NCBI GenBank assembly: GCA_963666215.2
Contig: CAXWPL010000004.1
Location: 288,001-352,000 of the forward strand
Source: Acidobacteriota bacterium
GTDB taxonomy: Bacteria > Acidobacteriota > UBA890 > WLXD01
Direction: 5' to 3'
Length of the DNA stretch: 64,000 nucleotides
The position numbers and the translations under genes were made by a program. The notes under the pieces were generated by a model. The model did not search any database and was not told the origin of the DNA. It was given only the letters and a program-made list of their open reading frames with translations. Below are positions 48,514-58,470 of this stretch, in pieces (positions within the stretch are counted from its first letter, which is position 1; every line of letters starts with the position of its first letter).

Positions 48514-49922
48514 GGGGATGTCCCACCGTCCGTTGAACTAAGGCGACGGTGAAGTGGTTGGGGATTGTTACGCAGTACGGCGCTCCTGCTCAAGGGGAAC
48601 GTCGACGGCGGTGTTGAGTGCGGCATCGAGCTTGGCGATGTCGCGGTAGCCACGAACCCTCCGGAACTTGCTCTCGGCCTCGATGAGTGCAGTAACCGCC
48701 CATCGAACGATCATGCTCCCGGAGCGCCACCGCTTTACGTTGCGGCTGACGTGTTTGATCGTCCCGTTCAGGTTCTCGATCGTATTCGTTGAACGTAACG
48801 TCCGAAGCAGCGGCCCCTGAACTCGGAGCCGAGTGACGGTGAGCGTCTCTTGCATTCCTTCTCTGAGCGAGGCCGCTGCACCGGGGTGATCGGTCTCCAG
48901 CTCCTTGACCACGGCGTCGAGCTGCTTGGTCGCTGCCGTGGCCGTCTCCGCCTTCCACGCCTTGCGGATCTTGGCTGCGAACCAGGGCCGGATATGCCCT
49001 GGCAGATGCTCCAATACATTCTTGATCTTGTGGACACGGCAGCGCTGGATCAGGGCCCACTCGCCGAACGTGTCGCGCACTGCTTTACGGAGGCCCTTGG
49101 AGCCATCGATTACCACCAACCGCGCCCGTTCGACGGGCATGCCGCGCTCGATCAACTGCCGCAGCAGCGACCGGCACACGTGGGAGCTCTCCGTGGTGCC
49201 CTCTACGACACCCAGCACATGCTTGACGCCGTCCGCGTCGATGCCCATGGCGATCACCAACAAGTGCTTGCCCATGTGCGTGCCGTCGATCACCAGCACC
49301 GGCAGGTCCACTTCATTGAGCGGTTGGGCCAGGTACTGCTGCACCTGCTTGGCTGTACGCGCTACGAACCGCCGCGACACACTCGAGCGACTCGTTCCCG
49401 ACGAAGCTCGCCCGTCGTCGAGCCGCTCTAACGAGCGCTCGTACTTGCGCGTCGTGACGCCGCACAGGATCTGCTCTACGGCGCGCTCTTCGAGCGGATC
49501 TGTTGCCTTGAACCTCTCCCAGTGCGGCAGCGGCAGCTCTTGGCCATCGACGCTCCGAGCCCGCGGCTTGCGTACCTTGACCCGCCGGCCGCCCATCACC
49601 AGCGAGCCCTCGTCGTAGCCGTGTCGGTACGCCCGCCGCTGCTGTGACCGCGCGTAGCGCTCTCCGCAGAGCTCCGCCCGGTCTTCTTCCAGCAGCGAAC
49701 CCAACACCCCGAAGCCCGCGTCCATGACCAGCGCTCGTAGATCCGATCGCGCCGCTACCACTGCCTCCAGGAGCGGGTTCTCTTGGCGCTCCGCTTTCCT
49801 ACTTGTCTCTGTTCTGCGACTCTTGCTCATGACGGTGATCCTCCATGCCAGTGGATTGACCCCGACACACTATCGAGGTCGGATCACCGTCACCCTTTTT
49901 CAACGGAGCCTGTGACATCCCC
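48514..49922 (-). mobile_element. IS256 family element
   Basis: Terminal IRs GGGGATGTC.CA...TCCGTTGAA; 8-bp TSD ATTCATCC at 48506-48513 and 49923-49930. Confidence 0.95.
48568..49830 (-). CDS. IS256 family transposase
   Basis: GVTTRKY, SRSSVSR, LVIDG, VIDGSKGL, QRCRVHK, STNTIENLN. Confidence 0.95.
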   Translation of the reverse strand: MSKSRRTETSRKAERQENPLLEAVVAARSDLRALVMDAGFGVLGSLLEEDRAELCGERYARSQQRRAYRHGYDEGSLVMGGRRVKVRKPRARSVDGQELPLPHWERFKATDPLEERAVEQILCGVTTRKYERSLERLDDGRASSGTSRSSVSRRFVARTAKQVQQYLAQPLNEVDLPVLVIDGTHMGKHLLVIAMGIDADGVKHVLGVVEGTTESSHVCRSLLRQLIERGMPVERARLVVIDGSKGLRKAVRDTFGEWALIQRCRVHKIKNVLEHLPGHIRPWFAAKIRKAWKAETATAATKQLDAVVKELETDHPGAAASLREGMQETLTVTRLRVQGPLLRTLRSTNTIENLNGTIKHVSRNVKRWRSGSMIVRWAVTALIEAESKFRRVRGYRDIAKLDAALNTAVDVPLEQERRTA

Positions 49923-50791
49923 ATTCATCCTGACCGTGCGCGATAAGGAAGGCTGGCTGCGGTCATGCCAAAACCACTGGTACAACTCGCCAGCTTTCAA
50001 GAAGACGGACGATCCCGCGATGCAGGTGGGCATGCGGGTTAAACAACTCCTGCGCGCCGCGGTCTACGGTTGTTACAGCTTCGTGCCAGAGCGTTTCTCC
50101 TGGGTCTATGACCAGCACGTGCGTAACGTGATGGAGTACTTCAAGGACCGTCCGGACGATCTCCTAGTCCTCGACATCTGCAACGGCGAAGGATTCGAGA
50201 AGCTGGCCGAGTTCCTCGGCAGGCCGGAACCGAACGAGCCCTTCCCGCACAAGGGAGCGGTCCTGTCGCGGGGTATGGCCGAGCGGAGGCTGGCCGCCCG
50301 TGCCGCCGACGGCTGAGGCGGCCGCAACGCCCGGCCCCCGTTCTCGCGCGGTAGACGTCCCCCTACCCAGCGCTTAGGCGCAGGTTGTCCTGCGCAACTT
50401 GACCTCTGAGGAGGGTTCCTGGACAATCCGCCGCATGTCGCGCGTGGACTTGGTTTTTCGCACGATCGGAGAGCGAACCTCCGACGTCTCGTACGAGCGG
50501 GCGCTCGAGCACATCCGGCCGGACAACGTCCATGTGGTCGACAACGTACGCCCCTTCTCGAAAGCGGTCGACGAGATGCTCCGCATCGACCACGACTGCG
50601 ATCAGGTGGTGTACCTCGACGCCGACTGCATCCTCATCGAGGACATGCGGCCGTTCCTGGACGAGAACACGGATCCCTACGTCGACTGCTACGTCCGGGA
50701 TCGCTTCCGCGGACGGATTCACTGCGGCGTCCACATCACGCGGATCGACGTTGTTCGTGCCATGGCGGAGGTCGATCCGCCGAAGGCCGAC

Positions 50792-50899
50792 ACCAGGTAC
50801 GTGTTGCGCCCCGAGAGCTACCTTCGCAACGAGGCGCTGCGCCGGACCAGGTACGTGTTGCGCCCCGAGAGCTACCTTCGCAACGAGGCGCTGCGCCGG
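50792..50899 (+). repeat. Perfect 54-bp in-frame tandem duplication
   Basis: TRYVLRPESYLRNEALRR is encoded twice with identical sequence. Confidence 0.95.
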
Positions 50900-51996
50900 T
50901 TGGGATTCGAGAAGCGGTTGAGGGACTTCGAGATCCTCCACGACTGGTTCCAGACGTATCGAGACATCTTCCGTAAGTATGCGCTTAGGGAATTGCGATC
51001 GCGTGAGGGAAGGCGCCAGCGAAAGCGTCTGCGGCGATGGATGACGTTGTGGGGGACCAAGGAGGATCCCGACTTCCAGATCGCTCGTCACGCCTGCGAG
51101 CACACCGCCGGGCAGGTGGATCGAGACGCACCGCGCGAGGAGGTGGAGGCCTATATCGACCGTCTCTTCGAGACCGCCGACGAGCAGATCCTGGCGCTCG
51201 GCTTGCGTGAGAAGCCGCCGTTCGACCCGCGCGAACTGGCCACGGCGATCGAGGCGGGTACGTACCACACGCCGATGGGGCCCGAACTCTCGCATCTGAC
51301 GTTGATTTGCCCTCACCTTGGCGATGGAGGCGTGCAGCGAGTGGTCGCCACGCTCGCCAGCGCCTGGAACGCGCGGGGGTGCAAAGTGACCGTCGTGGCG
51401 CTCTACCGACATGAAGTCCTCTATTCCCTCGACTTCGGCGTGCGCCTGATCTCCCTACCGGACTGGAGGGGCGCCGGCTTCCTGCTGCGATCGCTCGAGA
51501 CCTTGCGCCTCTTGCACGAGCGTTTGCGATCGAAGGCGATCGCTCTCTGGAGCGCATGGTTTCCTGCCGGGGAAGGCGAGTCCCGGCTCCTTCGAGCTCT
51601 CAAGAAAGGCTGGAAGCTCATCAAGGGACGCACGAGTGTCCTTCTGCGTGCCGTGCGTCGGCAGGTCAGGTATCCAGGCATCTGGAAGCTCCACCTGCCC
51701 ACGTACATTCGGGTGCGTGGACTTCGCAGGGCCATTCAGCATGCGGGCGCGCACAACGTCATCAGCCTGTGCGGGCCGGCGAACGTGGCGTCGGTTCTCG
51801 CCTGCCGCGGTGGGACCAACTACCTGGTCATTTCGGAGCGCAACGATCCCGCACGGCAGAAGCTCCGCTTCCCATGGGACACGCTTCGTCGTCCCCTCTA
51901 CGGGGAAGCCGACGTCGTCACCGCGAACACCCACGGCGCGCTCGAGACGATGCGATCCTATGTCGCCCCGGAGAAGCTTGCACACGTTCCCAACCG

Positions 51997-52713
51997 ATGA
52001 CCCGGCACGGCTAGTCGCCACCTAGGATATCGGTACCATGCCAAAAGGACCGCAGGGACAGAAGCGGCCTGCTGGCGTCGACGCCAGGGACCCAACGCGA
52101 GAAGCGCGCGTTGAAGGGCTGACGGGCCAGAGGCTGCTGATGGTCGGCCGCTTGGCACCACAGAAGGGCCACTCGGTCTTGTTCCGCGCGCTGGCTAAGA
52201 GCAGCGCTTGCCCGACGACCTCGCATCGTGGCGCTTGTCGATCGTCGGGCAGGGTGAGCTCGAAGATGAGCTGCGTACGCAAGCCGAGCAGCTGGGAGTC
52301 GCCGCGCGCATCGACTGGCACGGTCAAGTCAAAGACCCCTATCCCTACTACGAAGCGGCGAGCATCCTGGTCCTGCCTTCCCTCCATGAGGGCTCGCCGA
52401 ACGCGCTCCTCGAAGCCATGAGTTGCGGGTTGGCCGCGATCGTGAGCGACGCTACCCTCACCCGGCCCACTCGAGTTGGTGACGGACGAGTTGATGTTAC
52501 GGCTTGGTCGTCCCTGCAGGCGACGCCACCGCACTCGCTTCCAAGATCACAAGGCTCGCGAGGTCCCCGGATCTGCGTCGGAAGCTTGGTGCCTTCCCTC
52601 CACGGTGCGTGACGCTGAGTGGATCGTGGGTCTGGTGGACGCATCCGCACCGATGCCGAAGAAGCCGGGTCCGAAGGGGCCGAGGAAAAGTAAATCAAAA
52701 CTGAGACACTACC
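51997..52713. mobile_element. Fragments of an IS1-family-like element mixed with GT4 sequence
   Basis: MPKGPQGQKRPA start at 52038; transposase-like tail RDAEWIVGLVDA..PKKPGPK; terminus TCAAAACTGAGACACTACC followed by a repeat of CACGTTCC. Confidence 0.6.
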
Positions 52714-53481
52714 CACGTTCCCAACCCGGTCGACGCCAGGGACCCAACGCGAGAAGCGCGCGTTGAAGGGCTGACGGGCCAGAGGCTGCTGATGGTCTTG
52801 GCACCACAGAAGGGCCACTCGGTCTTGTTCCGCGCGCTGGCGCGCTTGCCCGACGACCTCGCATCGTGGCGCTTGTGATCGTCGGGCAGGGTGAGCTCGA
52901 AGATGAGCTGGTACGCAAGCCGAGCAGCTGGGAGTCGCCGCGCGCATCGTTCAAGTCAAAGACCCCTATCCCTACTACGAAGCGGCGAGCATCCTGGTCC
53001 TGCTGAGGGCTCGAACGCGCTCCTCGAAGCCATGAGTTGCGGGTTGGCCGCGATCGTGAGCGACGCCTCACCCGGCCCACTCAGTTGGGACGGACGAGTT
53101 GAACGGCTTGGTCGTCCCTGCAGGCGACGCCACACTCGCTTCCAAGATCACAAGGCTCGCGAGGTCCCCGGATCTGCGTCGGAAGCTTGGTACTGAGGCC
53201 CGGCAACTCTCTACGCGTCATGCGTTACCGAAGGTCGTGGCACGTTGGGAGGAGCTACTCGATCCCTGGGAGTGGGATTTCAGGGACAAGACAGGACAGC
53301 CCGCTATCGGTGCACGCGCGCAACTCGTCGAGCGGACCGTGGGTGGGCCACCAGGCACCCCAGCTGGACTGGGGGAATGAAGGGCGATCCAGGGTGTCCC
53401 GCCAGTCGGCGTCCCGGACGGCTCAAAGGGTCGACCCGCGCCGCCCCGCTTGATCCGGCATTGTATGAGGGTCCGAATCTT

Positions 53482-53533
53482 AGCGGCTTGATGCAAGTAT
53501 GGGCGAAGCGGCTTGATGCAAGTATGGGCGAAG
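53482..53533 (+). repeat. 25-bp tandem duplication (intergenic)
   Basis: AGCGGCTTGATGCAAGTATGGGCGA repeated twice. Confidence 0.9.
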
Positions 53534-53600
53534 ACTGTCGCGCTCAGCCAGCCCTGGCTACAGTGCGGATCGATCCGATGCACCGAGAGTGCGGAGAAAA

Positions 53601-55073
53601 ATGTCGAGGCAATTTTTCATCGACTGCGGCGGCCACGACGGCTGCTCCGTCCGCAAGTTTCGGTCCGAGACCGACCCGGAAGCCGAGTTCACCGTCCACA
53701 GCTTCGAGCCCAATCCCGCCTTGCACCGGCACTACGAGGGACTGTCGAACCACGTCTTGCATCGCGAAGCGGTCTGGGATCGCGCAGGGGTGGCACGGCT
53801 TCGAGTCGACCCATTCGTCGGGTTGAACAGCACTCTCTCTGCCGGCAGGTTTGCGAGCCACAGCGCCCTGTTCGAGGACGACGCCCCCGACCCGCCGCAG
53901 ATCCAGGTTCCCTGTCTCGATCTGGCTCGGTGGATGCGTGAACACCTGCGACCCACCGACACAATTCACCTCAAGCTGGCCGTCGAGGGTGTCGAGTGGG
54001 ACATCCTGAAAGGGTTGCTCAGAGACGGGACTCTGGCCTGGATCGACCGACTGCTGCTCCACAGCGGGTCTCCGGACCGTCCTCCTCCACTGACCCGGCG
54101 ACGCTTGCTGAGGGAGGTAGGCCGACGGACCGCCGTCGAGGCCTGGGATGCGTCGCTCTACGCACACGAGCACATTCGACCCCGGCTGTTTTGCACGGTC
54201 GGCGTCGACTGGGACCTCGGCCTGCTGCCGCATTGGCTGCGACACTACCGACGAGCGGGCGTCGCACCGGCCGACTTCCATGTCGTGCTGAATACGCGCT
54301 TCGATGACAACCGCAGGGTCGAGCCCGCGCGGCGGCTGCTCGCAGCCGCCGATGTCGAGGCCAGCGCGGTGTGGCGTGGGACGTTTTCGTCTACCGCAAG
54401 GCTCGACTACAAGACCCCGTTCCTCGACGCCCTGCCCGACGACGCATGGGTGCTGGTCGTCGATTCGGACGAGTTCCATCGCTACCCCTGTCCGCTCAAG
54501 GCGATGCTCAGCTACTTCGAGGTGACTGGGATCGACGCCGTCGGAGGCCACCTCGTCGATCGGGTGGCGGCAGATGGCCGTCTCGCGGCAGTACGGCCTA
54601 CCCCGAGTGTGTTCGAGCAGTTTCCGCTGGAGTGCGATGTCACCGGGACCGTAAGCGGCGCCAAGAACTGCAAGATCCTGGCGCATCGCGCCTGGGTTCG
54701 CTGTTCAAGGTCTCATCACAAGCTAGAGCAGGACCCTCGGACTGCGCGGGCTCGTTGTGTGCCAGAGCGTTTGAAGCGCCGGCAACTCGACGGCACTGAG
54801 CGTCTCGTCGTGGACCACTTCAAGTGGACTGCCGATCTCGAAGCTCGACTCGGGGAGCGCATCGCGCACTATCGAACTCAGGGATACATGTGGTTCGACC
54901 GATCCGAGCGCTTCCTACGGTACTACCGTAAGCATGGCCACCTACGGCGAGCGCGGATCCATTCGCGGCGCGCGCGACTCGCGCGCCGGCTGTCTGGCTT
55001 GGCCCAGGAGACCATGCGCCGGCTCATGTCGGCCGGTGTCGGACGCGCCGTCCGGCGTCTGCAGCGCCGGTAG
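53601..55073 (+). CDS. FkbM-like methyltransferase fused to a GT2-like domain
   Basis: FIDCGGHDG, HSFEPNP, LKLAVEG.E; then LLPHWLRHY...WVLVVDSDEF...DRVAADG.L...QFP...HFKW. Confidence 0.8.
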   Translation: MSRQFFIDCGGHDGCSVRKFRSETDPEAEFTVHSFEPNPALHRHYEGLSNHVLHREAVWDRAGVARLRVDPFVGLNSTLSAGRFASHSALFEDDAPDPPQIQVPCLDLARWMREHLRPTDTIHLKLAVEGVEWDILKGLLRDGTLAWIDRLLLHSGSPDRPPPLTRRRLLREVGRRTAVEAWDASLYAHEHIRPRLFCTVGVDWDLGLLPHWLRHYRRAGVAPADFHVVLNTRFDDNRRVEPARRLLAAADVEASAVWRGTFSSTARLDYKTPFLDALPDDAWVLVVDSDEFHRYPCPLKAMLSYFEVTGIDAVGGHLVDRVAADGRLAAVRPTPSVFEQFPLECDVTGTVSGAKNCKILAHRAWVRCSRSHHKLEQDPRTARARCVPERLKRRQLDGTERLVVDHFKWTADLEARLGERIAHYRTQGYMWFDRSERFLRYYRKHGHLRRARIHSRRARLARRLSGLAQETMRRLMSAGVGRAVRRLQRR

Positions 55074-55119
55074 GTACGGCTTGCTTGGAGCGAGATCCAC
55101 CGAGAGATAGCATGGCACG

Positions 55120-56097
55120 ATGGACTCGAACACAGGCGTCTCGCTCGTCGTCGTGCCGCGCGAACGAGCCACGGCGGCCGTCGACTCGCTGGAGTCGATC
55201 TACCGCAACACCCGAACGCCCTTCGAGCTCATCTACGTCGACTGCATGCTCTATGGTCGGCACCGGCGGCGAATCCGCGAGATGGTGGAGGCGCGCGATC
55301 ATCGCTATGTCCGTCACGAGAGGTTCCTCTACCCGAATCAGGCCAGGAACCTGGGCACCCGCCACGCACGGGGGAAGTACCTCGTTTTCGTCGACAATGA
55401 CATCTTCGTCGAGCCCGGCTGGCTCGCGTCACTGGTTCGGTGCGCCGATGACACCGGCGCCGGTGTCGTAGGCCCGCTCTACCTCGAGGGCGAGCCTGAC
55501 GATCCGATGGTGCATTGCGCAGGGGGCAGCATCGAGTTCGTCGAGGACCACGGCGGCGGCACGCGGCGAATCATCGTCTGCCAAAACGAACTCAAGACTC
55601 CCCTCGCCAAGATGCCCGAGCTTCAGCGTGGTCCTACGGGGCTCGTGGAGTTCCACTCCGTCCTCGTGACCCGAGAATGTCTCGACGCGATGGGAGGAGA
55701 GTTCGACCCGTCACTGAAGACGACGCGGGAACACGTGGACTTGTGCCTCTCGGCCACGGGCGCCGGTTTCGACGTCTATCTCGAAGCAGACAGCCGGGTG
55801 TGCTACCGCTACACGAAACCGCTTCACCTCCTCGACCTTCGATACTTCCTGTTCCGTTGGTCGGACTCCGCCACCGAGTCGACCATTGACCACTTCGAAC
55901 AGAAGTGGCAGACGAAGCTAGACGCGCGACGACGGACCATCATCGAAGGCCGACGAAAGCGGGCTATCATCGCGGCCGTCAGCCAGAACGGGGTGGTTCG
56001 CCGGATCGGCGGTAAACGCGTGGTTCGGCAGTTGGTCGAACGCCTCTACGCTCTTCCCGATTTCAGTTCGCTGATCTCGTTGCGCAAACCGAGCTGA
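55120..56097 (+). CDS. Glycosyltransferase family 2
   Basis: VVVPRER, ARNLG, FVDNDI.V.PGWL, VEFH, EHVDLC. Confidence 0.9.
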   Translation: MDSNTGVSLVVVPRERATAAVDSLESIYRNTRTPFELIYVDCMLYGRHRRRIREMVEARDHRYVRHERFLYPNQARNLGTRHARGKYLVFVDNDIFVEPGWLASLVRCADDTGAGVVGPLYLEGEPDDPMVHCAGGSIEFVEDHGGGTRRIIVCQNELKTPLAKMPELQRGPTGLVEFHSVLVTRECLDAMGGEFDPSLKTTREHVDLCLSATGAGFDVYLEADSRVCYRYTKPLHLLDLRYFLFRWSDSATESTIDHFEQKWQTKLDARRRTIIEGRRKRAIIAAVSQNGVVRRIGGKRVVRQLVERLYALPDFSSLISLRKPS

Positions 56098-56157
56098 CCG
56101 AGGCTCGATGCGTGGCTAATGGAGCGCGGCGCCAGGGTGCCCGACTCGAAGGGTGTG

Positions 56158-56997
56158 CTACACCAGTCCGTAGTGCCGAAACGTACCCGCGATGAACCCG
56201 TCGTTGAGATCGCGGTTGTGCGCGGCCAATGCGACGCCCGCGTCTTCGGCGGCCCTGAACTCCGGGATGGGCGGCAGGGTGTGACCTCCGACCTTGGCGA
56301 TCCTGGCAAGTGAGAGTTTCAATGTCGGGGTCTTCCGAGCCAGCAGCGCGGCACCGACCCAGGCATCGCACCTCGACGGGCACAAGCGTTTGAAATCGTC
56401 GCTGAAGAACGGCTTGGCGAGCATGTCGGGAGTGAGCAGGTGCCCGTCCTTGGCAGTCGTCATCAGCGTGTGACTGAGCAGCTCGTCGTAGCCGTCGACC
56501 TTGGGCCACGTGCGGTAAGGCAGCGGCCGACCGCCTTCGTAGAGGATCCGTCGGGCCCGAAACGCCACCGCGCAGCGCTCCCGCCGGTACCCCGCATAGA
56601 GAGACTCGAGCCATCGAGGGGGGTAGCACGTGTCGTCGGCGGCGGTCACCACGATCAGCGAAGACAACTGGCCGCGGAAGTGCTCGATAGTGGGCATGAT
56701 CTTGCGAAACGGGCCCGTGTTCTCCGTGTAGCGGACCTCCACGGGGGTGTCCGCGGCGTCGGCGAGCGCCCGCAAGTTGGTCGGAATCTGATCCCGCGGG
56801 ACGCCGCGATCGAAGAGGAACGGTTCCTCGGACAGCCAGATGAGGATTCGCTCTGGCTGCAGCGTCTGCTCGAGCAGCGACTGCACCACCTCGGCCAGTC
56901 GGCCGATCCGAAGCGACGTCGCAGTCAGGCTGACGACAAGCACGGCTCGGCCGTATGACGTGCGTTGGGCTCGAAAAGGTGGGCCATCATCGTTCAT
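56158..56997 (-). CDS. GT-A-type glycosyltransferase-like protein
   Basis: VSLT...RI..L..V.SLLEQT.QP.RI.IW; PFRKIMP; VTAADD..YP..WL. Confidence 0.75.
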   Translation of the reverse strand: MNDDGPPFRAQRTSYGRAVLVVSLTATSLRIGRLAEVVQSLLEQTLQPERILIWLSEEPFLFDRGVPRDQIPTNLRALADAADTPVEVRYTENTGPFRKIMPTIEHFRGQLSSLIVVTAADDTCYPPRWLESLYAGYRRERCAVAFRARRILYEGGRPLPYRTWPKVDGYDELLSHTLMTTAKDGHLLTPDMLAKPFFSDDFKRLCPSRCDAWVGAALLARKTPTLKLSLARIAKVGGHTLPPIPEFRAAEDAGVALAAHNRDLNDGFIAGTFRHYGLV

Positions 56998-57172
56998 CGA
57001 ACCTTCACCCACGAAGCCGGCGCGGGCAAGTGGAGACTCAGAAGGTCAGGGTTCTCAGGAGGTCATCCCTCACGAGGTGGATACGCTCACCGTCGAAGTG
57101 ACGGGAGGAGGTGTCATCCGCGGAAGCGACGCGCAACACCTGGCGAATACCACGTGACGCGGCCCCACCCCC

Positions 57173-58133
57173 CTAGGTGTGAGTTCTAGGTAGGTTGTTC
57201 ACGAACTCACCCCTGAGAGCCGAGCGATCGGCGGTGTCATGCCGATGCCGGCGTGGGGACGGTGACGATTGTAGTGGTTGAGCCAGGGCCGTAGAGCTCG
57301 AGTACGTCGAGCTGAGGTCTGGTAGCAGGTGCCGTAGGCCCACTGCTCCTTGAGTGTGCGGATGAAGCGTTCGGCTTTGCCGTTGGTTCTGGGGGTGTAG
57401 GGCCGGGTGTAAATGTGCCGGATCTCGAGTTGATGGCATAGGCGATTGAAGCGCTTCGAGACGTAGCCAGGCCCGTTGTCTGTCATCACTCGGCGCACCG
57501 CTACTCCCATCGAAGCGAAGTGCTCGACGGCTCGCTGCAGGAACGCTGTGCAGGTGTGTTGGTCTTCGGCGGGCAGCACTTCGACGTACGCCACCCGAGA
57601 GTGATCGTCGATAGCGACGTGGGCGTTCTCCCAGCCGACGCCGTAGGCCCGCTTGGAGCGGTCGCCGTGGATGCGGTGTCCAGGTCGCCGGATACGGGCC
57701 AGTTTCTTCGTATCCAGGTGCAGTAGGTCACCGGGGTGCTCGTACTCGTAGCGAACGATCTCGGGCTTGGGCTCGAGCGCATCAAGCTTGGCGAGTCCGA
57801 GCCGCTTCAGCCACGCCGAGACGGTCGAGCGCGGCACAGCCAACCTTCGGCTGATCTGCCAGGCCGTCAGTCGCCGCCGACGTAGCTTGTCGATCTGCCT
57901 CACAACTCCAGCGCTTGTTGCGTGCGGACAGCACGTCGGCCGGCTTGATCGATCGAGCAGCCCGGCCTCACCTTCTCGCTCGTATCTATCCAGCCACTTG
58001 TAAACCGTTCGAGCCGACACGCCGAGCGCCGCCGCCGTTTCCGTCACGGGCTCCGTACGCCCCGCTCCCGGACTCGGCGGACCATCTCTCGGCGTATATA
58101 CGGCATCGTGCGGGCGTTACCATGCAGCTGCAT
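57173..58133 (-). pseudogene. IS481 transposase, frameshifted
   Basis: MQLHGNAR start; frameshift near 58050; HLDTKKL, AIDDHSR, TDNG, TNGKAERF. The expected tail VNNLPRTHT* is in another frame near 57215. Confidence 0.88.
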
Positions 58134-58225
58134 CGGGCGCTCCTTCTGAGGTCGTGGAGTCTTTTGAACAACCCCATTGATCTCAGAAGTGAGCCCCGAT
58201 GTGAACAACCTACTTAGAAAACACA
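57178..58225 (-). mobile_element. IS481 family element
   Basis: 25-bp IRs TGTG..TTCTA.GTAGGTTGTTCAC; 6-bp TSD CCTAGG at 57172-57177 and 58226-58231. Confidence 0.95.
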
Positions 58226-58235
58226 CCTAGGGAGT

Positions 58236-58255
58236 CGTCTCCACAATGTCTCCAC
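58236..58255 (+). repeat. GTCTCCAC doublet, copy 2
   Basis: Identical 20-mer to 48049-48068, same orientation. Confidence 0.8.
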
Positions 58256-58470
58256 GACTGGGGTCGACTCGGGGAGACTGGAGGCGGCCTCCAGCGCCAG
58301 GCGCGGCCGCGCCGCGATCAGTTGTCGCTGAATCTGGCCCTTGCCGCTATCCCTGCAAATCATTGCCACCTAGTCTATGGAGACTTGGCTAGGACAGACT
58401 TCACTTCTGGCCTATCCCCGGGTACAGGCGACCATACATTGATCACGCCGGTCCAAAACAACAACGCCTA

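Larger units (their letters stand above)
48246..50316 (+). pseudogene. Sulfotransferase family protein interrupted by IS256
   Basis: KIFGIGLSRTGSRSL..AL..LG...YPGSKFI | LTVRD...W..S...LLVLDI..GEG.E.L..FL...PFPH. The frame is restored if the IS and one TSD copy are removed. Confidence 0.92.
50435..53380 (+). pseudogene. Fused glycosyltransferase (GT-A-like + GT4), disrupted with duplicated C-terminus
   Basis: YLDAD in the N-domain; GGVQRV and ISERN in the GT4 N-domain; VGRLAPQKGH...LPSLHEGSPNALLEAM present in two noisy copies (52077-52590 and 52729-53380). Confidence 0.8.

Noticed and set aside
57036-57060. tRNA fragment (TCAGAAGGTCAGGGTTC)
   Set aside because: No complete T-arm or acceptor stem; the match is too short.
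58279-58288. TGGAGGCGGC as an inverted copy of the tmRNA 3' end (att core)
   Set aside because: It is only 10 bp in GC-rich DNA, in the wrong orientation for attR, and explained by a local hairpin.
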